A DNA stretch of 64,000 nt from Sedimentisphaerales bacterium. Its GTDB lineage: Bacteria; Planctomycetota; Phycisphaerae; Sedimentisphaerales; Anaerobacaceae. Numbering within the stretch: position 1 is the stretch's first letter; every line of letters starts with the position of its first letter. Both the position numbers and the translations under genes were made by a program. The DNA lies in NCBI GenBank assembly GCA_963708075.1, contig OY970194.1, forward strand, positions 2,688,001 through 2,752,000, read 5' to 3'. The notes beneath the pieces are model-generated. The model did no database searches, was not told where the DNA came from, and saw only the letters and a program-made list of their open reading frames with translations. Below, one piece after another: positions 31,193-42,378 of the stretch.

Positions 31193-32899
31193 CTACCGTA
31201 GGAAATCGGGCAAATACTCCGTCGGTGCCGTGTCTTCGGAGTGATTCTTTGACTTTTGCGTGGCACGCTCATTCCGCAGTGCGATGTATGATCCGCTCAT
31301 GATGCGATCCTCTTTGCCCTCGCCCGCCAGCACCTGGATGGCGCCATGCTTGAGCAGATGCTTGACCTTGACGTTGATGGCGTGACATCGCATCTGGCAC
31401 AGGCCACACCCGATGCATCGGTCCTTACGCACCACGGGGGCCAGATGCCCGCTGCCCTCGACCGGCTCACCTTGCTCGTCCAACTCGCCGCCGACGCGGA
31501 TGAACTCAATGGCGTCGTAGCCGGCCATCCTGCATTCGTCGACGCACAGTTGGCACGATCCCTGTCCCGCGTACGGCAGGCACGTGTGCTGATCCACCTG
31601 GGCGAGCCCAATCCGTGCCGCACGCTTTTCGTCCAGGGTTAGAGCCCTGACTGCCCCGGTCGGACACACATGCCCACAGTTGTTGCAGCTCGGCTCGCAT
31701 CCCGACCAGTCCGGCACCACCTTGGGCGTCCAGAGACCGTTGAAACCATGCTCAAACCCGGCCGGCTGCAGGACATTGTTGGGACAGACCTTGATGCACT
31801 GGCCACACCGCACGCACAACTGCAGGAAACGATCCTCGGGGACACTGCCCGGCGGACGAATCGGCGGATTGGCGTCCGGCCCACCTGAAGCACCGCCGGC
31901 TGCAAGTGACGCCCCCGCACCCGCCACAACCGCGCCGCCCAGCCCTGCAAGGACGCCGCGACGGGAAAAGACCGCCTCGGACGAGGCACCCGCTGCGGCC
32001 GGCAGGTCCTCCCCGTCCCTCCAGCGCAATGTGAACCTGATGGCTCCAGCCGGACAGGCACGCCGACAGCTTCGGCAGGACGTGCAATTCAGGAATTGCG
32101 TCGAAAAATCGTTGTTTACGGCCCCGAACGAACACGCCTGCAAGCACTTGCCGCACTTCACACAGGCGTCTGTCACCCTGCGCTCGGTCAACCGTAACGT
32201 GTTGACAACGGAGAACAGGGCTCCCGTGGGGCACAGGTGGCGGCACCAGAACCGACGCCCCAGAACTCCAACGCCAAGCATCAGCGCAAAGAGCAGAATC
32301 GAAATGACATGGCCGGGATTCACCGGTGGGACAAGATACCAGCCTTTCCACAATCCAGTCTGCACGGGAGCCAGGAGGAAGAGCATCGCCCGCGTCAATA
32401 CCGGGATGGCGGCAACGAACCCTGACAGCAGCACGCCGAAGACCGCCGCCGCGAGCACGATTGCCAGCAGGTAATACCTGATGTTGGCCAACCAGCCTGC
32501 ACGCTGATGTGCGGAGCGTCCGGCCCTGCGGCCAAGGAGCCAGTCAAACCCGTCGATGAGCGTTCCCAAGGGGCAGATGTACCCGCAAAACGCCCGCGGG
32601 AATATCACACACAGGAGAACGACGCCCAGCGCTGCCGCCCACGACCAGATGAACATCCGTGCGGCAACGGCCGCAGACAGGCTCACCAAAGGATCGAGCA
32701 TGAGGAAGAACTCCGCATCCACAAGCTCGCGTCTGTGAAACGCATCGGCGTATTGGCTGGACCCATACGGCCAGCACACGTAGAAGAACAGAACTAGGAA
32801 GGCCAGCAGACAGATGCCTTGCACGAGACGCCGGGCGGACAGAGCCCGACGAATTCCCTCTAACGGTCCTGCTTCGGCTTTGGCAAGCTTGCATCGCAT
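31193..32899 (-). CDS. Membrane 4Fe-4S protein (NapH/MauN-like fused to NapG/MauM-like ferredoxin)
   Basis: RAFCGYICPLG, RFWCRHLCPTG, several CxxCxxCxxxCP motifs, RPPG, internal SRR motif. Confidence 0.88.
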   Translation of the reverse strand: MRCKLAKAEAGPLEGIRRALSARRLVQGICLLAFLVLFFYVCWPYGSSQYADAFHRRELVDAEFFLMLDPLVSLSAAVAARMFIWSWAAALGVVLLCVIFPRAFCGYICPLGTLIDGFDWLLGRRAGRSAHQRAGWLANIRYYLLAIVLAAAVFGVLLSGFVAAIPVLTRAMLFLLAPVQTGLWKGWYLVPPVNPGHVISILLFALMLGVGVLGRRFWCRHLCPTGALFSVVNTLRLTERRVTDACVKCGKCLQACSFGAVNNDFSTQFLNCTSCRSCRRACPAGAIRFTLRWRDGEDLPAAAGASSEAVFSRRGVLAGLGGAVVAGAGASLAAGGASGGPDANPPIRPPGSVPEDRFLQLCVRCGQCIKVCPNNVLQPAGFEHGFNGLWTPKVVPDWSGCEPSCNNCGHVCPTGAVRALTLDEKRAARIGLAQVDQHTCLPYAGQGSCQLCVDECRMAGYDAIEFIRVGGELDEQGEPVEGSGHLAPVVRKDRCIGCGLCQMRCHAINVKVKHLLKHGAIQVLAGEGKEDRIMSGSYIALRNERATQKSKNHSEDTAPTEYLPDFLR

Positions 32900-32916
32900 C
32901 CCGGCCCGCCCGTCAG

Positions 32917-34050
32917 TTATGGACTCTTCTTCCGCATGCCGCCGGCGAGGGCCTTGGCCGTAGCGTTGATGATGGCCTCGGAGGTCATCGTCGCACCGGT
33001 CACCGCATCCACCCCTTTGACGCCCTGCTTCTCGATGATTCGCTCTGGAGTCTCACGTCAGCGCCGAATAGAACTGCTTCTCCTCATGCTGCGTGACGCG
33101 GACGGATTGAATCCGCCTGCCTTTGACAACGACCTCAACGTGAAGCGGGCCGGCGTAGGCCAGGCTGTTCGCCGTATAAGTACCGTCCGCGACTTGCGTC
33201 ACGTCGAGTGTATCGAACAGTTTGATGGCCTGGATGCTGGCCTGTGCCCGTTCCCGGTCCCTTCTAACATCGTCCTCGCGACCGGCGGCGCCCTCGGCCG
33301 TCAGGACCTTCTCATAATAAGCCAGCGCCTCCTTGTACCGGCCCGCCAGTCGGCACGTGTCACCGGCCGTCAGGTAGGCGATGGTCGCCATGCCGCCGGC
33401 CGCCTTTCGCTCCGCCAGCTTCAGCGCCTTATCGATCTCACCCATGTCCGCCCACAGCTTGATCAACGCCCCGTGGCGCGTATAGTCGATCCGGTATCGT
33501 CGCCAGCACTTCCTCCGCCATCTCCCGGCTGCCGAGCTTCCAGTAGCAGTGCGCAAGGCTGATCGGATCGACATAGACGGCATACCCGGCGCTCGTTCCG
33601 CCACCAGAACGCCGCCCTCGCCCAATCGCCCATCAGGTCGTGGAACATTCGACCGAGGGCTTCCATCGAGCGTCCAAGCTTCTCGCGATCATCCTTATGC
33701 CGGATCATCAAATGATGAACGAGCTTGACACCCTCTTTCCACCGGCCGGGATTCGGATTGATGACGTCCCAAATGTACTGGCCGACGTTCTTGCTCGCGT
33801 CCCACTCGCCATCTGCTCTTATCGGCCAATTCAGATCCAGGGTCGGCGGATAGGTCAGTTCGACCGAGTCCCACCAGTCGGGCGGCGTCGCGCCCATGCG
33901 CTGGATAAGAGCCTCCACCTCCGCACGAGTCCGCACGACTTGCTCATCAGCCGGCCGATTCTGCGCGTGGCAAATGGGTGGGTGCGACATCACGGATAAC
34001 GCCAGGACCATGAGAAGCACAGCGCTGCGCAGGTGCTTCGCGATCATCAT
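32917..34050 (-). CDS. Secreted TPR-like protein with C-terminal FMN-binding domain; three apparent frameshifts (~33595, ~33490, ~33055)
   Basis: Joining frames gives signal peptide, helical repeats, DGTYTA, and EKQGVKGVDAVTGATMTSEAII (flavinylation-type TGAT motif). Confidence 0.72.
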
Positions 34051-35317
34051 TCGCCACCTATGCAGATCAGATGAGAGAAGGTTCGCAGGTACATGCGGCC
34101 GTCGGCCACGGCGGGCGTCGCGTGGCTCTTCTCGCCGAGGGCATTCACCGCCAGCAACTCGTACTTGGGCCCGGCCCTGAGCACCACGACGTTCCCATCG
34201 TCGTAATCGCGTAGAGCTTGTCCCCCACACGGACGGGTGAGCCAAAGAACCTGCCGCCGGGCTTCTCGCTCCAGAGGACCTCGCCCGTGCCACTGCGAAG
34301 ACAGGACACCGTGCCCTGGTCGTGGAAAGCGAACAGCAAGCCGTCGTGCACGACGGATATCGGGACATAGGGAACGATGCCACGGTCGAGTGCATAGACT
34401 TCTGTGGCGGCCGACGAGTCTGCATCCGGCGGTCGAACGGCGGCCAGCCGTATGCCTCGGCCTCCCTCACCGCAGGTGCCGATCACCAGTCCATCGACAA
34501 GGACCGGTGAGCTGACCACACGGGCCGGCAGCGCGGCCGGTGTCTTCCAAAGCACGGCCCCGGTCTGCGGATCAACCCCGGCGATGCCGTGGGAATTGCT
34601 AGTGAAAACCAGTTGCTCCCGCCCGCCCTTGTCACGATACACGCAGGGCGTCGAGTACGAGCCGTTGGCGTTCTCGGGATGCTCGTACCGCCATCGAACC
34701 TGGCCTGTCCTGCGATCGACGGCAAGCCAGACGCTCTTCACATCCCCGGCTTTGTCCTGCTCTCGGGTGACGATCACGAAGTCGCCGTAGACGATTGGGG
34801 AACTTCCGGCTCCGTGCCGGGCCTTCACTCCGGGCAACTTGATCGTCCATAGCTCGCGCCCACCGTGCGTCAGAGCAGTCAGTTTTGTCTCGGCAGGGCC
34901 CGACCACAGCACATAGACGTTCTCAGTATCAAGAGCAGGCGTCGCGCTGGCATAGCTGTTCAGAGCATTCATCGGATGTTTGTCGAGCTCGAACTCCTTT
35001 CGCCACTGCTCCCGCCCATCCACGGCGGATAAGCACTGGACTGTGCCCCGCATGGCCTTCTCGTCGCCGCTGGTGACGAAGAGCTTGTCATCCCACACCA
35101 CGGGCGATGAATGCCCGCCGCCGGGAAGCTCCACCTTCCACTTATAGTCCTGCTCGGACCATTTCACCGGGATGGTGCTGGCGTCACTGACGCCCTGTCC
35201 GTTCGGACCTCGGAATCGCGGCCAGTTGTCCCCCTCCGCCGGGATTGTCACACTGAACAATAGTGTAAAGGCTAATACCGTAGGACCCCACCCCCACGCG
35301 GTTGCTCGTTTGCCCAT
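34047..35317 (-). CDS. PQQ-like beta-propeller (BamB family); frameshift at ~34197
   Basis: NWPRFRGPNGQG, GHSSPVV, SYSTP. The shifted C-terminus reads SHATPAVADGRMYLRT and ends with an ATGA overlap onto the next gene. Confidence 0.85.
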
Positions 35318-35567
35318 CTGTCATCATCTCCTGCGTTGCATCAATGTTGTCATCTCAAGGGCAGGTGGTTGGATCATCACCCACACCACAATGTCACCAT
35401 TCTGCCGCAACGCTCCCATTTTGCAAGTGCAATGTCCCGCCCATGTACTGTCCGGCGTACGACAAGAAGCTGGCGACCAACGCGAGTGGCACCCAAACCA
35501 TCCCATTTCTTCCCGACACCAGCCGCGCAGCGACTCGACATGACAAACAGAAGTGCGTGCAGCGATC

Positions 35568-36232
35568 TCAGAATTTCCTCAGCAGGCCGATGACAACGCC
35601 CTGGATGCGGCAATCGTTCGCATAGATGGGTTCGTAATTCGCGTTGGCGGGCTGCAGCCGGATGTGGTCCTGCTCCCTGTAGAATCGCTTGAGCGTGGCC
35701 TCGCCGTCATTGACCAGCGGCCACGACGATCTGGCCGTTCTCGGCCAGTTCCGTCCGGCGGCAGATCACGTAATCCCCCGGCCGGATGTTCTCCTCGATC
35801 ATGCTGTCCCCGGAAACCCTCAGCGCAAAGAGTCCGTCTCCCATCCCAAAACAGGACTCTAAAGAGATAGTATCCCTGTTTTCAATCGCCTCGACCGGCA
35901 GCCCCTGCGGCGATCCGCCCGGCGAGCGGAATGCCCCCAGATGTCTCCTCGCAGGCCGGCGGCTCCTCCACGCGGGACTGTCTAAGCAGTTTTCGCCCGC
36001 GGGACGTCAACCTCAAAGAGCGAGCCCTGCCCGGCGAGGTCGTAAGCAGCGACTTTCTTTGCAGCTCGCTTAGATGCTCGAACACGGTGCTTCGGCTCAG
36101 ACTCAGTTGTGCCGCCAGCTCGGCTATCGTCGGGGAATAGCATCGGCTCCCGTGGAAAACGGCGATGTGTCGGAGCACCTGGAGTTGCTTCGGCGTCAAA
36201 CCGTCTATGGTGTCTGTGTCTCTCGGACGCAT
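35568..36232 (-). CDS. lexA: SOS repressor LexA; two apparent +1 frameshifts (~35903, ~35718)
   Basis: LTPKQ, SPTIAE, HL..L.RK, ARSL winged HTH; IAAG cleavage site; after the shifts LRVSGDSM (Ser) and EATLKRF (Lys), LQPAN. Confidence 0.85.
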
Positions 36233-36845
36233 CCTTCGTCTTCTCCTGGCATGATACAGCGGATTGGTCACGCAGCACCGTCGCGACAGGCGGCGCGCGT
36301 CGGGTCCCGGAAAGCACTCCCACGATCTCGGCGACAGACCACAACACACGCGTCAGTTGTCCTGCCGATGGATCTGTGGGCCCCGGCGGAGATCCCGGCC
36401 ATATGGAGAGGTACTCGCCCCCGGGCCCAAACTTGCACGCAGGCTCGATCCGTCCGATTCTATGCGTATTCATCCTTGATACCCTACCTTTCGGTGGTTT
36501 TGGACTCCTGTCCTACTGGTCCCCTTTCTATCGGCGGCGCCCCCTCAAAAACCCAAACAAAACCCGAACAAATCTGCGTCAACCCGGGACCTTTTTGCGC
36601 AAACCCACCCCGCCCAATTGCCCCCCGCCCTTATATGGGACCAATGACGAAGAAAAGGTGTGCCGCTCCCCACGGTTTGACCCCACGAAACCCTGATGTT
36701 CAATGGTTCTCACGCAGAGACGCTGAGACGCAGGGAATCATTCTTCCAGGCCGTTCACCGCAGGAGTGATCCCGTCCTTCATCACGGCCTCACCGAAATT
36801 CAGATGACGAACGCAGGATGCTATGAATGCCGTCGGCCTGTGGAA

Positions 36846-37160
36846 TTACTCATCACCTTCTTCATCCGATGATCGTTCTTGCCTCCAATCGCGGGCGCCG
36901 TGCACAACTCCTGTAATCCAAACCTCATCTCCCTCTACGCGATACATGATGCGATAGGCACCATAGATTACCTCTCGACAGTTGGGATTGTTGATTTCAG
37001 GAATGATCCGGCCTGATAAGGGAAACTCTTGCAGACGATCTGTTGCTTCGATCAACCTGTTGATAAACAGGGAAGCCATTCCCGCAGAGTCCGCGGCTAT
37101 GTACTTGGCAATAGAATCAATGTCATCAAGAGCAGACGGCGCCCATATCACTTCAGCCAT
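36846..37160 (-). CDS. RelE/ParE family toxin
   Basis: W.PSALDDI..I..YIA.DS, L.EFPLSGR.IPE, REV...YRIMYRV, VVHGARD. Confidence 0.88.
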   Translation of the reverse strand: MAEVIWAPSALDDIDSIAKYIAADSAGMASLFINRLIEATDRLQEFPLSGRIIPEINNPNCREVIYGAYRIMYRVEGDEVWITGVVHGARDWRQERSSDEEGDE

Positions 37161-37330
37161 TTTTCGAGTCTCTTCTTGGCTCTTTCGTGAGTGATTCCCT
37201 TGCCCTCGCGTATTTCCTTTTCCCCGCGTGAGAACTTGACGTTTACATAGAGGGCATGGATGACGTCATCCATCGTGGCATCATCCGGCAATAAGTCGAT
37301 CACTTGTTTTGCCGTTTCTTTCGTGAGCAT
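37148..37330 (-). CDS. Probable antitoxin of the RelE/ParE pair
   Basis: Small protein (LPDDATMDD...G..EI.EGK.ITHE.AK...KW) overlapping the toxin start. Confidence 0.78.
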   Translation of the reverse strand: MLTKETAKQVIDLLPDDATMDDVIHALYVNVKFSRGEKEIREGKGITHERAKKRLEKWLK

Positions 37331-37404
37331 AATCATTCTCCCAACAAAGGCCGGCTACAGTATATCCTATTCCGGCGTTGACTTCCAGCGACATTCGGCA
37401 GAAG

Positions 37405-39435
37405 TCACGTCGTTTCAGCCGGAGGTAACGAGTTCTGATCTGCGCCGCCGAGGAGGTGGGGGAGGTTTTCTTCGAGCTCCATCGGCTCGGTGAGGTCTTT
37501 GGCGAGTTCGGTGAGGAAGCGGCTGGGCTTCATCATGATCATGTTGCCGCCGCGATTGCGGTAGATTTGCGGGACGGCAAGGTAGAGCTCGTCGCGGGCT
37601 CGGGTGACGGCGACATGAAAGACGCGGCGTTCCTCTTCGAGGTCCTCGCCGCTATTCATGGCCATGTCGGTCGGGAATCGGCCGTCGGAGAGCCAGGGGA
37701 TGAAGACGACCGGCCACTCCAGGCCCTTGGCCTGGTGGATCGTGCTGAGAATCACGAATTCCTGCTCGGTCGGCCCGGAGACACAGTTCTCGCCGGAGAA
37801 TTCGCCCGCCAGGGCCGTGTCGGCCAGGAACGCTTCCACGTTCTTGTACTGGCCCGCGAAGTTCGCCAGCGCGCGGATGTCCTCCCGGCGCATCGCGGCG
37901 TTGTCGTAATGTGAGACCAGGTAATCATCGTAGGAGCGTTTCAGGACAAGGTCGATCACCTCGCCGGGCGAATCGAGCTCGGCCGACTCCTTGAGCATGC
38001 TCGCGAATTCCTGGAAGAACGGCTGGGCACTGGTGGGCAGGAGGCTGGTGGTCTCGCCGCCGAGGACCTCGTTGAACGGGTCGGCGGCGCTATTGATGTG
38101 CTGCCACACCCGGCGGCTGATCGCGTTACCCACGCGAGGCAGCATCTTGAGCAATCGCAGCCACGCCAACTCGTCACGCGGGTTTTGCAGGACGCGCAGG
38201 TAGCACAGGACGTCCTTCATGTGCGCCTGCTCGAAGAATCGCAGGCCGCCGCGGATGTGGAACGGGATGTTGCGGCGCTGGAACTCCAACTGGATCTCCA
38301 GCGAGTGCCAGTGGCTGCGATACAAGACGGCGATGTCGTTGAGATTTCGCCCCTGATCGAGCAAATGCAGCACGTACTCCGCGATGAATCGCGACTGCGT
38401 GAAGTGGTCCTGGCACGTCACAATCGCGGGCTTGAGCCCCGATGAGCGGATCGCCTTGAGGTTCTTCGGCAGCCTGCGAGTGTTCTGTGCGATGCTGACG
38501 TTGGCGAGCGTGAGAATCTCCGGCACGGAGCGGTAGTTCGTCTCCAGCTTGTACTCCCGCGCCTCCGGGTACCGCTGCTTGAACGTGATGATATTCTCGA
38601 AGTTCGCCCCGCGGAAGCTGTAGATCGATTGCGAATCATCGCCGACCACGGTGAGGTTGCGATGCTTCGAAGCAAGCAGATCGACGATGGCGCCCTGGAT
38701 GGCGTTCGTGTCCTGGTATTCATCGACGAGGATATGCAGGAACTGGCCGGCGAGCATGTCGCGGATATCCGCGTAGTCGGTCATCAGCCGCAGCCAGGCG
38801 CTGAGCAGATCGTCGAAATCGAGAAGCTGCCGCTCCCGCTTCTTGGCTGTATACAGGATGAGCACCTTCTCGATGCCATCCAACTCCTGGATGAACATGG
38901 GGAACCGCTTGCTGATCACCGCCTCCAGCGGCTCAAGCGTGTTCTGAAGGAAGCTCGATATTGCCGCCAGCACGTTCTTCTGCGGGAAACGCCGCTGGCG
39001 GATATCGACGCCGGCCCCCTCGATGCAGGAGGCGAGCAGGTCCTTGGCATCCTCTCGGTCGAGGATCGTGAAGTCCGGCGAGATCCCCAACTGTTTGCCG
39101 TACATGCGCAGGATGCGGTTGGCGATATGGTGGAACGTTCCGCCCCAGATGTCGCGGGTCTTCTGCTTGACGAGGACCTCGACCCGGCTGAGCATCTCGC
39201 GAGCCGCCCGGTTGGTGAATGTAACGAGCATGATCCGGCCGGGGTCAACACCGTGGTGCGCCAGCCAGGCGAGTCGATATGTCAGAGCCCGTGTCTTGCC
39301 GCTGCCCGCCCCGGCCACGACCAGCATCGGTCCGCCCGGAGCGGTAACCACCGCCAGTTGCTCCGGGTTCAGATCGTTTCCGAAATCGATATCCCCCGCC
39401 GCCGTTCGCGACTGAAGGGTGAACTTTCTTGCCAT
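37405..39435 (-). CDS. UvrD/PcrA-family ATP-dependent helicase
   Basis: AGAGSGKT, TFTNRAA, VDEYQD, VGDDSQSIYSFRGA, NYRS, TIHQAKGLEW, EERR..VAVTRA. Confidence 0.95.
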   Translation of the reverse strand: MARKFTLQSRTAAGDIDFGNDLNPEQLAVVTAPGGPMLVVAGAGSGKTRALTYRLAWLAHHGVDPGRIMLVTFTNRAAREMLSRVEVLVKQKTRDIWGGTFHHIANRILRMYGKQLGISPDFTILDREDAKDLLASCIEGAGVDIRQRRFPQKNVLAAISSFLQNTLEPLEAVISKRFPMFIQELDGIEKVLILYTAKKRERQLLDFDDLLSAWLRLMTDYADIRDMLAGQFLHILVDEYQDTNAIQGAIVDLLASKHRNLTVVGDDSQSIYSFRGANFENIITFKQRYPEAREYKLETNYRSVPEILTLANVSIAQNTRRLPKNLKAIRSSGLKPAIVTCQDHFTQSRFIAEYVLHLLDQGRNLNDIAVLYRSHWHSLEIQLEFQRRNIPFHIRGGLRFFEQAHMKDVLCYLRVLQNPRDELAWLRLLKMLPRVGNAISRRVWQHINSAADPFNEVLGGETTSLLPTSAQPFFQEFASMLKESAELDSPGEVIDLVLKRSYDDYLVSHYDNAAMRREDIRALANFAGQYKNVEAFLADTALAGEFSGENCVSGPTEQEFVILSTIHQAKGLEWPVVFIPWLSDGRFPTDMAMNSGEDLEEERRVFHVAVTRARDELYLAVPQIYRNRGGNMIMMKPSRFLTELAKDLTEPMELEENLPHLLGGADQNSLPPAETT

Positions 39436-39748
39436 GTTGCCGCGCTATTCCGCCATATCCATAATTGCCCCCAACCCAGTCCATCCACGTCGAAAGCCCA
39501 AGGATACCAGAACCGGCTGGGAATGCCAGCCCCTCCCGCATAATACGACAGGGGCTTATGCCAAGGCTCAAGTCCCGCCGTGATGCCTGTGAAAATAATC
39601 TGTGAGTCGGGTGGCAGCGGCAAGCAGAGAGCAACGGAGCTTGCCGATGCCACCCAACACAGTGCCCTGAAATCTGCACAGACACCTCGCCGTGCAATTC
39701 GGAAAAATTGGGTATCCCGTGGCCCACCGCTCGGCTATAATTGCAGAT

Positions 39749-40393
39749 ATGGCGAAGTATCCGATATTCCTCGAGCTTGGCGGCCGGCGCGTCGTGGTGG
39801 TTGGCGGCGGCAGCGTAGCTATGCGCAAGGCCAAGGTCTTGTTGGATGCCGGCGCGAGGCTGGTCGTTGTGGCAGAGGAAGCCGGCGATGCGCTTACCGC
39901 CCTTTGCACACAGCATGGAGCCGAGCTGATCCGGTCCCGATATTCAAAGCAGTACATCGCCGAGGCTGTTCTCGTCGTGGCAGCCACCAACGATGCGAAG
40001 GTGAATGAGCAAGTTTACCGCGACTGCCAGGCCCTGGAGATTCTGTGCAATGTCGTGGACGATCCGGAGCACTGCGATTTCTTCGTCCCGGCGGTGGTCA
40101 AGAGGGGCGATCTGCAGATCGCGATCGGGACGGAGGGTTACTGCCCCGCGTACGCCGGCCACCTGCGGCAAAAGCTCGAGACTATGTTCACCGAGGAGCA
40201 CGGCCGATTCCTGGCTGAGCTCGAACGCGCACGAAGGGAAATCATCGACACCGTCTCCGCCTCCACCGACCGCAAGTCGCTGCTGGGCGAGCTCGTGGAC
40301 GATGAATCGTTCGAGTACTTCCGAACGAAGGGCCCCATCGCCTGGCGGGAGCGAGCCGAAGCGATCATTCGCTCACGCGAGAAGAAAGCCTGA
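39749..40393 (+). CDS. sirC: Precorrin-2 dehydrogenase/sirohydrochlorin ferrochelatase (SirC/CysG N-terminal)
   Basis: YPIFL, VVVGGGSVA.RK, AATND, NVVDDP..CDF..PA, IAIGTEG. Confidence 0.9.
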   Translation: MAKYPIFLELGGRRVVVVGGGSVAMRKAKVLLDAGARLVVVAEEAGDALTALCTQHGAELIRSRYSKQYIAEAVLVVAATNDAKVNEQVYRDCQALEILCNVVDDPEHCDFFVPAVVKRGDLQIAIGTEGYCPAYAGHLRQKLETMFTEEHGRFLAELERARREIIDTVSASTDRKSLLGELVDDESFEYFRTKGPIAWRERAEAIIRSREKKA

Positions 40394-40542
40394 AAATCGT
40401 GCCGCGCCGCGAGGCCTGGCAGAAACTATCTCCTGCCCGATAGACCTTCCCGCGATTCCCCGCGTACAATAGGCAGGATTTCCGGCTCAGGCAACTCAGC
40501 CAAACGTGAGAAGCTTGCTCCCTGTACCGATGGTGTCAAGTG

Positions 40543-42378
40543 ATGACAGAGAGAATTGAGTTACTGGCTCCCGCAAAGGATGGTCCGACCGCCCGTGCCG
40601 CGATTCTATGCGGAGCGGACGCCGTCTACATCGGTGCGGAACGATTCAGCGCCCGCGAGGCCGCCGGCAATGCTCTGTCCACGATACAGCAAGTCACGGA
40701 CTTCGCGCACCAGTGCTACGCGAGGGTGTACGTGGCCTTGAACACGCTGCTTCACGACGACGAGCTGGCGCCGGCGGAAAAGATGATTCACCAACTCTAT
40801 GACGCGGGCGTGGACGGCCTGATCATCCAGGACGTGGGACTGCTGGAGCTGGAATTGCCGCCTTTGCCGCTGATCGCCAGCACGCAGATGCATAACGCGA
40901 CCGCCGAGAGGGTGAAATTCTGGGAAGACGTCGGCTTCTCTCGCGTGATCCTGGCCCGCGAGCTGACTCTCGAACAAATCCGGCACATCCGCCGCCAGAC
41001 CCGCATCGAGCTGGAATGCTTCATTCACGGCGCACTGTGCGTGGGGGCCAGCGGGCAATGCTACATGAGTTACGCACTGGGCGGACGCAGCGGCAATCGC
41101 GGGCAATGCGCACAACCCTGCCGGCGATTGTACAGCCTCAAAGACCACCACGGCACAACCATCGTGAAGGACCGCCACCTCCTGTCTTTGAAAGACCTGA
41201 GCCTTGCAGACCATCTGGAGGAACTAATTGACGTCGGCGTCACATCATTCAAGATCGAAGGCCGACTCAAAGACCTGCCGTACGTCGCAAACGCAGTCGG
41301 CTTCTATCGTCAGAAGCTCGATCCGATCCTATCGAAGAAGGGTTTGCGGCGAAGCTCGTCCGGCTCCGTGCACTTGGACTTTCAGCCGAATCTCGAAAAG
41401 ACCTTCAATCGCGGATTCACCGACTACGGCTTGACCGGACCAGCAGCTTCGGTCGCCTCAATCGATACACCCAAGTCGATCGGCGAATACATGGGGACTG
41501 TCACTCGCGTGGAGGAATCCTGCTTCACCCTCGACAGGGCTCACGATCTGCACAATGCCGACGGGATTTGCTTCTTCGACCGGCAGCAGAATCTCGACGG
41601 GACAGTTGTGAACCGCGTCGATGGCCAACGGGTCTGCCCGCAGAAGATGCAGGGTATTCGCAAGGGACAGAAGATCTACCGTAATTTCGATTATGTGTTC
41701 AGCCGCAAATTCGGTGGCCAGCCCTCGGAACGCAAGATCAGTCTTACCATGTCTCTGCAGGAGACGCCGTCAGGCCTCGTCCTGGCCGGAACTGATGAGG
41801 ACGGAAATCAGGCAACGGTGGAAATTGCGGGCCAGAGGCAGCCGGCACAGAAGAAGGAAGCCGCTCGACAAACGATTCACACACAACTGACGAAGCTCGG
41901 CAACACGATCTTTGAATGCTCCGACCTGCAGCTTCAGACCAGCGAAGTGTACTTTCTGGCGGTTTCGCAGTTGAACGCCGCCAAACGGGAATTGGTGCAA
42001 CGGATGTTGCAGGTGCGCGAGACGAACCGCCCTCGCCCCATTAGCGGCGTCCAAAGAAACGAGGTGCCCTTCCCGGAGAAGCACCTGAGCTACACAGGTA
42101 ACGTGCTCAACGCGATGGCCAGGGCCTTCTACCTGCGACATGGCGTGGAGACGATCTCCCCCGCCGCCGAGTCGGGCCTGGATTTGACCGGGCAACTGGT
42201 CATGACAACGAAATACTGCCTGCGGAGGGAGTTGGGCTTGTGCTCGGGTCCCGGTTCCGGGAGTCCTGCCGAGCCAATGGTTCTGGAGGACGAAGACGGG
42301 CGGGAATACGAGCTGCACTTCCGTTGCGGCCGCTGTGGAATGGAGGTATTCTTCGGCAAGAAGGAGAAGACCCAATGA
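40543..42378 (+). CDS. U32 family protein, long form (RlhA-like RNA hydroxylation protein)
   Basis: ELLAPA, GADAVY.G, ASTQ, HGALC..SGQCY.S...RSGNRGQCAQPCR, KIEGRLK. Confidence 0.9.
   Translation: MTERIELLAPAKDGPTARAAILCGADAVYIGAERFSAREAAGNALSTIQQVTDFAHQCYARVYVALNTLLHDDELAPAEKMIHQLYDAGVDGLIIQDVGLLELELPPLPLIASTQMHNATAERVKFWEDVGFSRVILARELTLEQIRHIRRQTRIELECFIHGALCVGASGQCYMSYALGGRSGNRGQCAQPCRRLYSLKDHHGTTIVKDRHLLSLKDLSLADHLEELIDVGVTSFKIEGRLKDLPYVANAVGFYRQKLDPILSKKGLRRSSSGSVHLDFQPNLEKTFNRGFTDYGLTGPAASVASIDTPKSIGEYMGTVTRVEESCFTLDRAHDLHNADGICFFDRQQNLDGTVVNRVDGQRVCPQKMQGIRKGQKIYRNFDYVFSRKFGGQPSERKISLTMSLQETPSGLVLAGTDEDGNQATVEIAGQRQPAQKKEAARQTIHTQLTKLGNTIFECSDLQLQTSEVYFLAVSQLNAAKRELVQRMLQVRETNRPRPISGVQRNEVPFPEKHLSYTGNVLNAMARAFYLRHGVETISPAAESGLDLTGQLVMTTKYCLRRELGLCSGPGSGSPAEPMVLEDEDGREYELHFRCGRCGMEVFFGKKEKTQ

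Noticed and set aside
33053..33055. TGA read-through in the FMN-binding gene
   Set aside because: The downstream domain is in a different frame, so this is an indel and not recoding.
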